Shown: in pieces, positions 10,796-19,274 of the stretch
Layout: each line of letters starts with the position of its first letter
Numbering within the stretch: position 1 is the stretch's first letter
NCBI GenBank assembly: GCA_963778745.1
Contig: CAVZVP010000007.1
Coordinates: 75,150 to 139,149 of the forward strand
Length of the DNA: 64,000 nucleotides
DNA from: an uncultured Alphaproteobacteria bacterium
Lineage (GTDB): Bacteria > Pseudomonadota > Alphaproteobacteria > Rhizobiales > Xanthobacteraceae
Direction: 5' to 3'
The notes under the pieces: generated by a model
What the model saw: the letters and a program-made list of their open reading frames with translations, nothing else
Databases searched by the model: none
Told to the model about the DNA's origin: nothing
Translations under genes and position numbers: made by a program

Positions 10796-11221
10796 ATGAA
10801 AGGCCAATTTGACGATCCTTTGGCCTGGCGCGGGGCGGCGGCGCCTTCGCTCGGCGAAATCGAGGCGCTGGCGGCGGACGCTTATGCCCGCTTGCCCGAG
10901 CATTTCCGCAACCTTTGCGAAAATCTCATCATCCAAGTGGCCGATTTTCCGAGCGAGGAAGTCCTAAATGTGATGAACGTCGAGACAGAATTCGACCTGC
11001 TCGGGCTGTTCCAAGGTGTTGGCCTGCCGTTTCAGTCGACCAGTGTTCTGGAGCCGCTGCCCAACATGGTCTGGCTCTATCGCCGCCCGATCCTCGACTA
11101 CTGGGCCGAGCACGAGGAGAGCCTGGGCGCCATCGTCACCCACGTGCTGGTGCACGAGATCGGCCATCATTTCGGGCTCTCGGACGACGACATCGAAGCG
11201 ATCGAGGCGAGCGCCGACTGA
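10796..11221 (+). CDS. minimal zincin-like metallopeptidase (DUF1025-type)
   Basis: 141 aa; C-terminal HEIGHHFG zinc motif in the typical context VTHVLVHEIGHHFGLSDDDI. Confidence 0.75.
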   Translation: MKGQFDDPLAWRGAAAPSLGEIEALAADAYARLPEHFRNLCENLIIQVADFPSEEVLNVMNVETEFDLLGLFQGVGLPFQSTSVLEPLPNMVWLYRRPILDYWAEHEESLGAIVTHVLVHEIGHHFGLSDDDIEAIEASAD

Positions 11222-11235
11222 ATGGAGCAAGACAC

Positions 11236-11676
11236 ATGAAAATCGACGGCCGCTGCCATTGCGGCTATCTCAGCTTCGAAGCCGAAGCCGATCCGCAAAA
11301 TGTTTCGATCTGCCACTGTACAGATTGCCAGAGCGGTTCGGGCACGGCGTTCCGCACCAGCATCCGCGCGCCCGGCAAGACTTTCAAAATGCTGAGCGGC
11401 ACGCCGACGCTCTTCCTCAAAACCACGGCCGACAGCGGTAACCATCGCCTGCAGGCCTTCTGCCCGACCTGCGGCACACCGATTTATTCCACCGCGCCCG
11501 GCGACAATCCGGACGCTTACATGATCCGCACCGGCACGTTGCGCCAGCGCGATCAACTCATCCCGCGCCAGCAAAACTGGTTCCACTCGGCGCGTCCCTG
11601 GGTCACGGAACTGGCGTCGATCCCGCGCAACGAAAAAGGCCGCCCAGCCAAGCCGAGCTTAAGCGCGGACTCATAA
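11236..11676 (+). CDS. GFA (glutathione-dependent formaldehyde-activating/CENP-V) family protein
   Basis: ATG 11236; Cys-rich zinc motifs GRCHCG ... CHCTDCQ ... FCPTCGTPI. Confidence 0.8.
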   Translation: MKIDGRCHCGYLSFEAEADPQNVSICHCTDCQSGSGTAFRTSIRAPGKTFKMLSGTPTLFLKTTADSGNHRLQAFCPTCGTPIYSTAPGDNPDAYMIRTGTLRQRDQLIPRQQNWFHSARPWVTELASIPRNEKGRPAKPSLSADS

Positions 11677-11780
11677 ACGATCAGCCAAATGCCGGCGCGG
11701 ATGCGCCGTCGTGATTATGCACCCTGAAACTCTCTCGCATCCGGCCATGACGATGCGGCATCGATAAGGTTGATCAGTCG

Positions 11781-11870
11781 TCAAATGCCAATCCCGATCA
11801 AGTAATGCCACCCAACAACGGCAACGCAAAAAATACAGATTGACAGTACAACTTTGCGATTGGCTGACAT
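11781..11870 (-). CDS. possible 29-aa hydrophobic peptide (MSANRKVVLSICIFCVAVVGWHYLIGIGI)
   Basis: Short ORF in an AT-rich non-coding island; one predicted TM helix; weak RBS; overlaps an alternative 73-aa ORF (11798..12019). Confidence 0.2.
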   Translation of the reverse strand: MSANRKVVLSICIFCVAVVGWHYLIGIGI

Positions 11871-12039
11871 TTTACTCTCGTATCTATTTGCCGGGAGATC
11901 TCCATTCCTTCGCGGGCAACAGTCTCGTCCAGACCGGCGCGCACAAAGGCTACTCCCGCATGGGGCGTGAGAAAAGTCAGCAACGCTGTCGCACAAATTC
12001 CAATGATCGAGTGCGTCACACCGTACAGGCGCTACAAGG

Positions 12040-12423
12040 ATGAAAAGCCTTGCTGGCATTGGGGATGCCGTGAGAGACGATTGCGGATTCCAAGGCGTAG
12101 ACCAGCCGCGCAAACCGCTCATCGATTGCTCGGCGCGCGGGCCGAATTTCATTCGCGGTCAGGATAATTCGCGCGCCTGCGAGCGTTGCCCGCGCGGACA
12201 GGTGTCGAATTCCGATCAAACGAAGTGCATCGTCCCCGGCCGGGGAAGCAAGCCGCGCATCATCGGCCCGAACACGCCGCCGCCGCCACCGCCGCCGCCG
12301 CCGAGGATCAAGCAGCCGGGATTGAAGCAGCCGGGACTCCAGCGACCGCAGATAAAGCCGCTGCGGCCAGCGCTTCGCCCGCAACGCTGTGCCGTGGTGC
12401 GTGGCAAAACGATTTGCAATTAA
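12040..12423 (+). CDS. hypothetical Cys- and Pro-rich protein (possible gene remnant)
   Basis: 127-aa ORF without signal peptide; CxxC-containing segment, P9 run encoded by a CCG microsatellite (12276-12303), duplicated KQPGL. Confidence 0.25.
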   Translation: MKSLAGIGDAVRDDCGFQGVDQPRKPLIDCSARGPNFIRGQDNSRACERCPRGQVSNSDQTKCIVPGRGSKPRIIGPNTPPPPPPPPPRIKQPGLKQPGLQRPQIKPLRPALRPQRCAVVRGKTICN

Positions 12424-12542
12424 CAGTGGTTCGTCGCCGCCGCGATCAGCGGCTCGCATGAGTCCAATCGAAAACATGCGTTTGATCGGCCGGCGCGATA
12501 GGTGCGATAATTGCAAGCTTCGCAACCCGAAAGGCCGGCCGC

Positions 12543-12869
12543 ATGATCGTCACCGTTTTCCGCTCCCGCTTGATGCCGGACGTGCGCGAGGAATACGTAG
12601 CGCTCGTCGATCGCATGGTCGAACTCGCGGCGACCATCCCCGGCTACATTTCGCACAAGGGGTTCTTCGCCGAGGATGGTGAGCGCGTCACCATCGTCGA
12701 GTTCGAGTCGGAGGAGGCGCAGCGCGTCTGGCGCATGCACTCGGAGCACCGGGTCGCGCAGCGCAAGGCCAAGGAAATCTACTACGAGAGCCATTCCGTG
12801 CAGGTTTGCCAGCTCATCCGCGAGGCCCGCTTCAAACGCGAGCCGGCCCCGCTGAAAAAAACGCCTTAA
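12543..12869 (+). CDS. antibiotic-biosynthesis-monooxygenase (ABM) fold protein
   Basis: 108 aa; ferredoxin-like ABM pattern (IVTVFRSRL ... VTIVEFESEEAQRVWRMHSEH). Confidence 0.7.
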   Translation: MIVTVFRSRLMPDVREEYVALVDRMVELAATIPGYISHKGFFAEDGERVTIVEFESEEAQRVWRMHSEHRVAQRKAKEIYYESHSVQVCQLIREARFKREPAPLKKTP

Positions 12870-12967
12870 CCCTACCTTGACCTGCGCGCGCTATGCCCGC
12901 AATTAAAGGCCGGCAAAAGATTGGCCGGCACGGCCGCCCGAGTATCTCCGGCAAGGACTTGATCGAG

Positions 12968-13573
12968 ATGGACAAATTCACCACGTTGGAAGGCGTCGCC
13001 GCGCCCTTGAAGATGATCAATGTCGACACCGACATGGTCATCCCCAAGCAATACCTGAAGACCATCAAGCGCACGGGCTTAGGCAAAGGCCTGTTCTCCG
13101 AGCTGCGCTACAAGGACGACGGTAGCGAAAACCCGGATTTTGTGCTCAACAAGCCGGCCTATCGCAAGGCCAAGATTTTGGTCGCCGGCGACAATTTCGG
13201 CTGCGGCTCGAGCCGCGAGCACGCGCCCTGGGCGCTGATGGATTTCGGCATTCGCTGCGTGATCTCGACCGCGTTCGGCGACATTTTCTACAACAACTGC
13301 TTCAAGAACGGCGTTCTGCCGATCCGCGTCAGCCCTGAGGATCTGGAGAAGCTGTTCGACGACGCCGAGCGCGGCTCCAATGCCACGCTCTCGATCGACC
13401 TGGAAAAACAGGAAATCCACGGCCCCGACGGCGGCGTGGTCAAGTTTGAAATCGATTCGCACCGTAAGCACTGCATGCTCAACGGCCTCGACGATATCGG
13501 GTTGACCAAGCAGAAGCAGAGCAAGATCGAAAACTACGAGGACAAAGCCAAAGCGGCGCGGCCGTGGGCGTGA
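12968..13573 (+). CDS. leuD: 3-isopropylmalate dehydratase small subunit
   Basis: Internal ATG 12968 ([14 protein letters not shown]); [17 protein letters not shown] motif. Confidence 0.9.
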   Translation: MDKFTTLEGVAAPLKMINVDTDMVIPKQYLKTIKRTGLGKGLFSELRYKDDGSENPDFVLNKPAYRKAKILVAGDNFGCGSSREHAPWALMDFGIRCVISTAFGDIFYNNCFKNGVLPIRVSPEDLEKLFDDAERGSNATLSIDLEKQEIHGPDGGVVKFEIDSHRKHCMLNGLDDIGLTKQKQSKIENYEDKAKAARPWA

Positions 13574-13899
13574 GGCTCGCGGCGCTCGCGGTTTTGTGCG
13601 CGCTCGCAGCTTAGCCGGCGCTGGCGCAGAAATTCACCGAGGACGGCCTGCGCGAATGCGAGAAGCTCGCCGCGGTCAAGTTCAAGCGGGAAAATCCGGC
13701 GTTCAAAAAGTTCGCGATCGCGCGCGCCGACGTCGAAGAAGACAAGTTCGCCAACAAGGTCGGCACGCAATTCGTCTCCACCGTCTATCACGGCAAGGTG
13801 GTCTATCAGGCCGGCGGCGAACCGGCTGACGTGCGCTTCATCTGCCTGCACGGCGGGCTCGGCAAGGACGCGGTATTTGTCTACACCTTGCCGCGTTGA
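13570..13899 (+). pseudogene. small secreted protein gene interrupted by in-frame TAG inside its signal peptide
   Basis: GTG 13570 overlaps leuD stop (GTGA). Reads [17 protein letters not shown](13612-13614)-PALAQKFTEDGLRECEKL...VFVYTLPR-TGA. No alternative start after the TAG, so absent from the ORF track. Confidence 0.5.
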
Positions 13900-14007
13900 A
13901 CCCCGGAGTTTCTCACGCAACCGTGATGTGAGCCGGACGTTGTCGCGCCGCAAGTTCGCAGTATCGTGAATAGCAACACGAAAAAACGTCAACACGGGAG
14001 GCTTACG

Positions 14008-14754
14008 ATGCCCAAGCATGACTCTGTCGACTGCAACCGCCGCGCAATGCTCGGCGCGGGCGGCGCGCTGATCCTGAGTGCAACGCTGTTGCCGGCGTGG
14101 TCGTTCGCCCAGCCGAGCGGCGGCAAATCGCGCATCGGCATCATCGGCTCGGGCCACATCGGTGGCACGATCGGCGGACTATGGGTTAAGGCGGGGCATC
14201 CGGTGATGTTCTCATCGCGCCATCCCGAGGAGTTGAAGGACATGGTTGCGGGCCTTGGCGCCCTCGCCCAGGCCGGCCCCGTCGACAAGGCCATCGCCTT
14301 CGGCGACGTCGTCTTCATTGCGGTGCCTTATGGCGCGCTGCCGCAGGTCGGCCGCGACAACGCCGCGGCGCTCAAGGGCAGAGTCATGCTCGATGCCTGC
14401 AACGCCACAGCCGCGCGCGACGGCGCGATCGCGGAAGAAGTCGAGCGCGACGGCATCGGCGTCGTTTCGCAGAAATATCTGGCCGGCACGCGGCTCGTGC
14501 GCGGCTTCAACACGATGTCCTATATGACCTTCGCGAAGGAGGCGAACCGCCCCGATCCCAGGCTAGCGATCCCGATCGCCGGCGACGATGCGGAGGCGGT
14601 GCAGGTCGTGAGCGGGTTGGTGCGCGACGCCGGCTTCGATCCCGTCGTGGTCGGCAAGCTGGCGGATGCGAAGCGGTTTCAGCGTGGCGGCCCGGGCTAC
14701 GGCCAGCCGGTGAGCGCGGCGGAGCTTAAGCAGAAACTGAACCTGGCGCCGTGA
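14008..14754 (+). CDS. Tat-signal NADP-binding oxidoreductase (F420-dependent NADP reductase-like Rossmann protein)
   Basis: ATG 14008 after GGGAGG; twin-arginine leader CNRRAMLGAGGALILSATLLPAWSFA, then IGIIGSGHIGGTIG dinucleotide fold. Confidence 0.75.
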   Translation: MPKHDSVDCNRRAMLGAGGALILSATLLPAWSFAQPSGGKSRIGIIGSGHIGGTIGGLWVKAGHPVMFSSRHPEELKDMVAGLGALAQAGPVDKAIAFGDVVFIAVPYGALPQVGRDNAAALKGRVMLDACNATAARDGAIAEEVERDGIGVVSQKYLAGTRLVRGFNTMSYMTFAKEANRPDPRLAIPIAGDDAEAVQVVSGLVRDAGFDPVVVGKLADAKRFQRGGPGYGQPVSAAELKQKLNLAP

Positions 14755-16046
14755 ACTTACTTCGGCGCTGGATCGCGCGAGCGATGCCGGCAACGCCGCA
14801 AGAACGCGCGGCGGCGCTGTGGTCGTTCGCCTATTTCTTCATGCTGCTGGCCAGCTATTACGTGCTGCGGCCGCTGCGCGACCAGATGGGCATCGCCGGC
14901 GGCGTCAAGAACCTGCCATGGCTGTTCACCGCGACCTTCGTGACGCTGCTGGTCGCCCAGCCGCTTTACGGCGCGCTGGTGGCAAAATTGACGCGCGCGC
15001 GGTTCATTCCCATCGTCTATCACTTCTTCGCCGCCAATCTGGCGTTGTTCTGGCTGCTGCTGACGCTTAGCGTCGAGACCGCGATCGTCGCGCGAATATT
15101 CTTTGTCTGGGTGAGCGTGTTCAATTTGTTCGCGGTCGCGGTGTTCTGGTCGTTCATGGCCGACCTGTTCGACGCCGAGCAGGGCAAACGCCTGTTCGGC
15201 TTCATCGGCGCCGGCGGCACGGCCGGCGCGCTACTCGGTCCGGTCATCACGATCGCTTTGTCGGTGCCGCTCGGCCCGACCAATCTGCTGATCGCCGCGA
15301 TTGTCTTGCTCGAAGCTGCGGTATTCTGCGTCTACCGACTCGAGCGCGCGGCCACGGCGCACGCTGGAGCGCCGGCAGCCGAACCGCCAAGGATCGGCGG
15401 CGGCGCGTTCGCCGCGCTGGTCGAAATGTTCCAATCGCCTTATCTGCTCGGCGTCGGCGCGTGGGTCAGCCTGCTGTCGTTCGGCGCGACCATCGTCTAT
15501 TTCGAACAGGCCCACATCATTTCGACCACGGTGCACGGCGCCGGCGCCCAGACGCGAATTTTTGCTAGTATCGATCTCGCGGTGAGCCTGCTGACATTGG
15601 CGACGCAGGTTTTCGCCACCGGCTGGCTGCTCAAGCGCTTCGGCACGGGCATCGCAGCGGGTGCGCTACCGCTGGTCTATGTCGTTGGCTTCGCCGCGCT
15701 GGCCGTGTCGCCGAGCCTAGCCGTCGTCTTGACCCTGCAAGTTGTGCAGCGCTGGATGAATTTCGCCATCGCCAACCCGGCCCGTCAGGTATTCTTCACC
15801 GTGGTGACGCGCGAAGAAAAATACAAAGCCAAGAACCTGATCGACGTCGTGATCTATCGCGGCTCCGACGCGTTGTACGGCTGGGTGTTTGATAGCCTTC
15901 AGTTCTTGGGACTGAAACTGGGCGCCATCGCACTATGCGCGCTGCCGGTGACGGCCGGCTGGCTGGTACTGTCAGCGGCTTTGGGACGGACTCAGGAACG
16001 CCGTGCCGAGCGGCTTGCCGCTACGGTGACAGCGCAGGGAGGCTAA
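14751..16046 (+). CDS. TLC/ATP:ADP-antiporter-like MFS transporter
   Basis: 431 aa, about 12 TM; YYVLRPLRDQ (cf. Y..LR..KD) and FWSFMADLFDAEQGKRLFGFIGAGG (cf. FW.FAN....EAKR.Y) resemble TLC-family signatures; GTGA overlap with upstream gene. Confidence 0.65.
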   Translation: MNLLRRWIARAMPATPQERAAALWSFAYFFMLLASYYVLRPLRDQMGIAGGVKNLPWLFTATFVTLLVAQPLYGALVAKLTRARFIPIVYHFFAANLALFWLLLTLSVETAIVARIFFVWVSVFNLFAVAVFWSFMADLFDAEQGKRLFGFIGAGGTAGALLGPVITIALSVPLGPTNLLIAAIVLLEAAVFCVYRLERAATAHAGAPAAEPPRIGGGAFAALVEMFQSPYLLGVGAWVSLLSFGATIVYFEQAHIISTTVHGAGAQTRIFASIDLAVSLLTLATQVFATGWLLKRFGTGIAAGALPLVYVVGFAALAVSPSLAVVLTLQVVQRWMNFAIANPARQVFFTVVTREEKYKAKNLIDVVIYRGSDALYGWVFDSLQFLGLKLGAIALCALPVTAGWLVLSAALGRTQERRAERLAATVTAQGG

Positions 16047-16047
16047 T

Positions 16048-16941
16048 ATGGCGATTAATATCACGCGGCGAGAATTCGCGGTGTTGGCAGGCTCGGCGCT
16101 GCTGGCGCCGCCCGCGCTCGCCCAAAGCGATGCGCTCGTCACTCGCGCCATTCCGAGCAGCGGCGAACTCCTGCCGGCGGTCGGCCTCGGCACTGCGCAG
16201 GTTTTCGACACCGCCAATGCGGCGACCCGGCGCCAGGCGGCGGAGGTGGTGCAGGCTTTGATCGCGCACGGTGGCCGGCTGATCGACACGGCGTCGACTT
16301 ACGGCGATGCCGAAAGCGTGTTGGGCGACGTCATCGCGCCCGCCGGGCTGCGCGACAAACTTTTTATCGCCAGCAAGGTCGAGCAGCCTGACGCCGCCGA
16401 GCTCAAGCGCTCGCTGGAACGGCTCAAGACCGCAAAGCTCGATTTGCTGCAGCTCCACAATGTGCGCAATTCGCGCCAGTCGCTGGCGCAGTTCAAAGAA
16501 TGGAAGGAAAAGGGAGTGTGCCGCTATATCGGCATCACGTCGACTTTTCACGGCGACTTCGCGGCGCTTGAAGCGGTGCTCGGGCGCGAGAAACCCGATT
16601 TCGTGCAGATCGACTATTCGCTCGACAACCGCATCGCGGAAAAACACATTTTGCCGCTGGCGGCCGAGGTCAAAGCCGGCGTGCTCACCGCCCTCCCCTT
16701 CGGCCGCGCCCGCCTGTTCCAAGCCGTGCGCGGCAAGGAGATTCCCGATTGGGCCAAGGGCTTCGCCGCCAGCTGGGCACAGTTCTTCCTCAAATATTTG
16801 CTGAGCGATCCGCGCGTGACCGCCGTCATTCCCGGCACTGGCAATGCGGCGCACATGACGGACAATCTCGGCGCGATGCGAGGGCCGCTGCCCGACCCCG
16901 ACCAGCGGCGAAAGATGGTCGCCTTCGTCGAGGCGCTCTAG
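16048..16941 (+). CDS. Tat-signal aldo/keto reductase
   Basis: MAINITRREFAVLAGSALLAPPALAQS twin-arginine leader; AKR core (GLGT ... IDTASTYGDAE ... LDLLQLHN); GGAGG RBS inside the end of the transporter gene. Confidence 0.85.
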   Translation: MAINITRREFAVLAGSALLAPPALAQSDALVTRAIPSSGELLPAVGLGTAQVFDTANAATRRQAAEVVQALIAHGGRLIDTASTYGDAESVLGDVIAPAGLRDKLFIASKVEQPDAAELKRSLERLKTAKLDLLQLHNVRNSRQSLAQFKEWKEKGVCRYIGITSTFHGDFAALEAVLGREKPDFVQIDYSLDNRIAEKHILPLAAEVKAGVLTALPFGRARLFQAVRGKEIPDWAKGFAASWAQFFLKYLLSDPRVTAVIPGTGNAAHMTDNLGAMRGPLPDPDQRRKMVAFVEAL

Positions 16942-18487
16942 CCGCTAGAGCAGCGAACTCGGCTTGAGGACGCTGCCCCCGCTGGGTCGTTAGCGCCGGA
17001 GCCCAGGAGAACATCCAGGCCAGGAGATAAAATCCGATCGCCAGCAGATAGAGGAAGGCAAATCCGAAATACATCGGATTGTATTCCATCAAGCCGCCGA
17101 ACAACGCCCCCATCAGATTATATGTGAGCGCGGTGGAGATGTTGATTTTGGCCCGGCTGATCAACGTCGAGAAGACGATCCCCGAGAAGAACAGCGGGAT
17201 GGTCAGCAGCACGCAGCTCACCGTCAGGCTCGTCAAGGGCGAACTGAAAGCGATGAGCGCGTCGTTGCGCGCATAGACATAGCCGACCAGCAGGCTGACC
17301 ATGAGCCCGATATAGGCGAAGCCGGTGCGCTGAAAGACTTTGCGCTGGACGATGAGGTTGGCGAGAAACGCCATCTGCAGAACCATGACGATGGTCGCCG
17401 CGATCACATACCAGGTGCCGCCGAGATGCAGCCCCATTTCGGTGATGGCCTTGGTCTCCACCAGCATGAAGCCGGAACCGAGGAAGAAAAACGGCAGATA
17501 GCCGCGGTCGACCGGTTCGGTTAGGCCGATGGTCTTGCGGAGCAGCAGCGCCAATCCGAGCGCGATCATATAGCTGACCGGATAAGTGCGCTGGATCATG
17601 TAGAAGAACGGCCAGTCGTCGGTCGGGATGCTAGCCTCCGGATAGGACTGCGCGAAATGATCCGAGAGATTCGTGAAACCGAGCGCCGCGAAGCTCGTCG
17701 CGGCCGGCATGATCACGTCGTGGCCCTTCTGCATGAAGGCCGTGGTCATATGCGAGTCATAGAGCACGCGAACCGCCAGCGGCTTTCCGGCGCCCGGCAG
17801 GTCTTGCAGAATGTGCGATAGCTTAAAGCCCAGCGAGTCATTGGGCAGCGCGAAGGCGATGGACAGCACGCCGTCCGGCTTGAGCAACTTGAAGGCTTCC
17901 GCGATCCCCTCGCGCGTATAGACGTAGGAATCCACACGCAGGTTGGAGGCGTGACTGAGCGCGGTGTGGGAATCCAGCACGCCGTAAATGATCAAGTCGT
18001 ATTTCTGCTGCGTGGTACGGAAGAAATTGCGCGCATCGTTGATGGTAAGCGTGACGCGCGGGTCGTCGTAGGGATGCTCGAGATGATAATTCTTGCCGAG
18101 ATAGGCGATGGCCGGATCGATCTCGATCGCATCCACGTGCGACCCGCCCATGCGTAGCGCCGCCGCAGCGTCGTTGCCGCTGCCGGCGCCGACAATCGCG
18201 ACGCGCTCGGGATTTTTCTTGAAATTGAACGGAAATTCATAATAGGCCCGGACATAGCGGTCCTCGTCGGACTCATGTCCGCGCTGGCTCTCCTCCAAAT
18301 TGTAGACCTTTTGATGCTAGTATCCGCCCGACAGGATCTGCATCAGGCCGTCCGGCTTGGCCGTGCGCTCGAGCAATTGATACGGCGAATAAATCCGCTG
18401 AGAAATGTTTGCCGTAATCCGATTGTGCTGCCGCTGCCACTGGCGCGGCTTCGTTATTCGCCGGTAAGCTGACGGCCGAAACACCAT
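16826..18487 (-). pseudogene. spermidine-synthase-like domain fused to C-terminal polytopic membrane domain, interrupted by in-frame TAG
   Basis: Same frame reads MVFRPSAY...SPYQLLERTAKPDGLMQILSGGY-TAG(18317-18319)-HQKVYNLEES...VAIVGAGSGNDAAAAL...; about 7 TM helices follow; 3' end overlaps the convergent AKR gene by 116 nt. Confidence 0.7.
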
Positions 18488-18515
18488 GACGTCGCAAGCC
18501 TCTTAGGCCATCCCC

Positions 18516-19211
18516 ATGAACGCAACCGAAATCAGAGTCCTGAGCACGCACGCCGCTCTCGACGTGCTCAACGAGATCGGCCCCAAGTTTGAGCGCGCGA
18601 GCGGCTACCGACTGTCGTTCGGTTACGACCCGGCCAAGGCGGTCAAGCGCCAGGTCGAGAATGGCGCCGCCTTCGACGTCGCCATCGTGACGCGGCCGGT
18701 GTTCGACGACCTCGCCGCCCAGGGCAAGATGCTGGCCGAGACACGCGCCGATATCGGCCGCTCTGGCTTGGGCGTGTCGGTGTGCAAGGGCGCGGCCAAG
18801 CCCGACCTTACGACGACCGAAGCATTCAAGCGCGCGCTGCTCGCCGCCAAGTCAGTGGTGCGGTCTATAGAAGGCACCAGTGGCATTTATTTCGGGACGT
18901 TGCTCGACCGCCTTGGCATCGCCGAGACGATGCGCGGCAAGATCGTGCTAGGGCCGAGCGGGCGCGTCGCCGAATTGGTCGCGCGCGGCGAAGCGGAAAT
19001 GGCGATCCAGCAGATCCCCGAACTGCTGCCGGTGGCCGGCGCGCAATATGCCGGGCCGTTTCCGCCGGAACTGCAGCTCTACTCGGAGTTTGTGGCCGGC
19101 GTCGCCACCGCCAGCCAACACCGCGAAGCCGCCGCGGCCTTCGTCAAAGCCCTGACCACGCCGGAAGCAGCCGCGCTGTTCACGGCCGCCGGGCTTGAAC
19201 CGATCGCTTAG
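18516..19211 (+). CDS. ModA-like type 2 periplasmic-binding-fold protein without signal peptide
   Basis: 231 aa; starts directly with the beta-strand IRVLSTHAAL; molybdate-binding-like fold signature; no leader. Confidence 0.6.
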   Translation: MNATEIRVLSTHAALDVLNEIGPKFERASGYRLSFGYDPAKAVKRQVENGAAFDVAIVTRPVFDDLAAQGKMLAETRADIGRSGLGVSVCKGAAKPDLTTTEAFKRALLAAKSVVRSIEGTSGIYFGTLLDRLGIAETMRGKIVLGPSGRVAELVARGEAEMAIQQIPELLPVAGAQYAGPFPPELQLYSEFVAGVATASQHREAAAAFVKALTTPEAAALFTAAGLEPIA

Positions 19212-19274
19212 TAGCCATTCGCCGGCGCGCCAAGGGTCGCTATGCTGGCACGATAGCTGCCGCAGGAGAGTGCG

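Noticed and set aside
16941-17000. The palindromic-looking sequence CTCTAGCCGCTAGAG at the AKR stop as a regulatory site
   Set aside because: It is a short imperfect palindrome lying inside the reading-through tail of the convergent gene. It is not repeated elsewhere in the window, so there is no independent support.
13612-18319. Two in-frame TAG codons within 5 kb as a hint of amber suppression or codon reassignment
   Set aside because: TAG is used as an ordinary terminator by well-defined genes in the same DNA (3724-3726, 16939-16941). I saw no pyl-type or suppressor tRNA genes, and the same contig has scattered indel lesions. Point errors or mutations are the simpler explanation.
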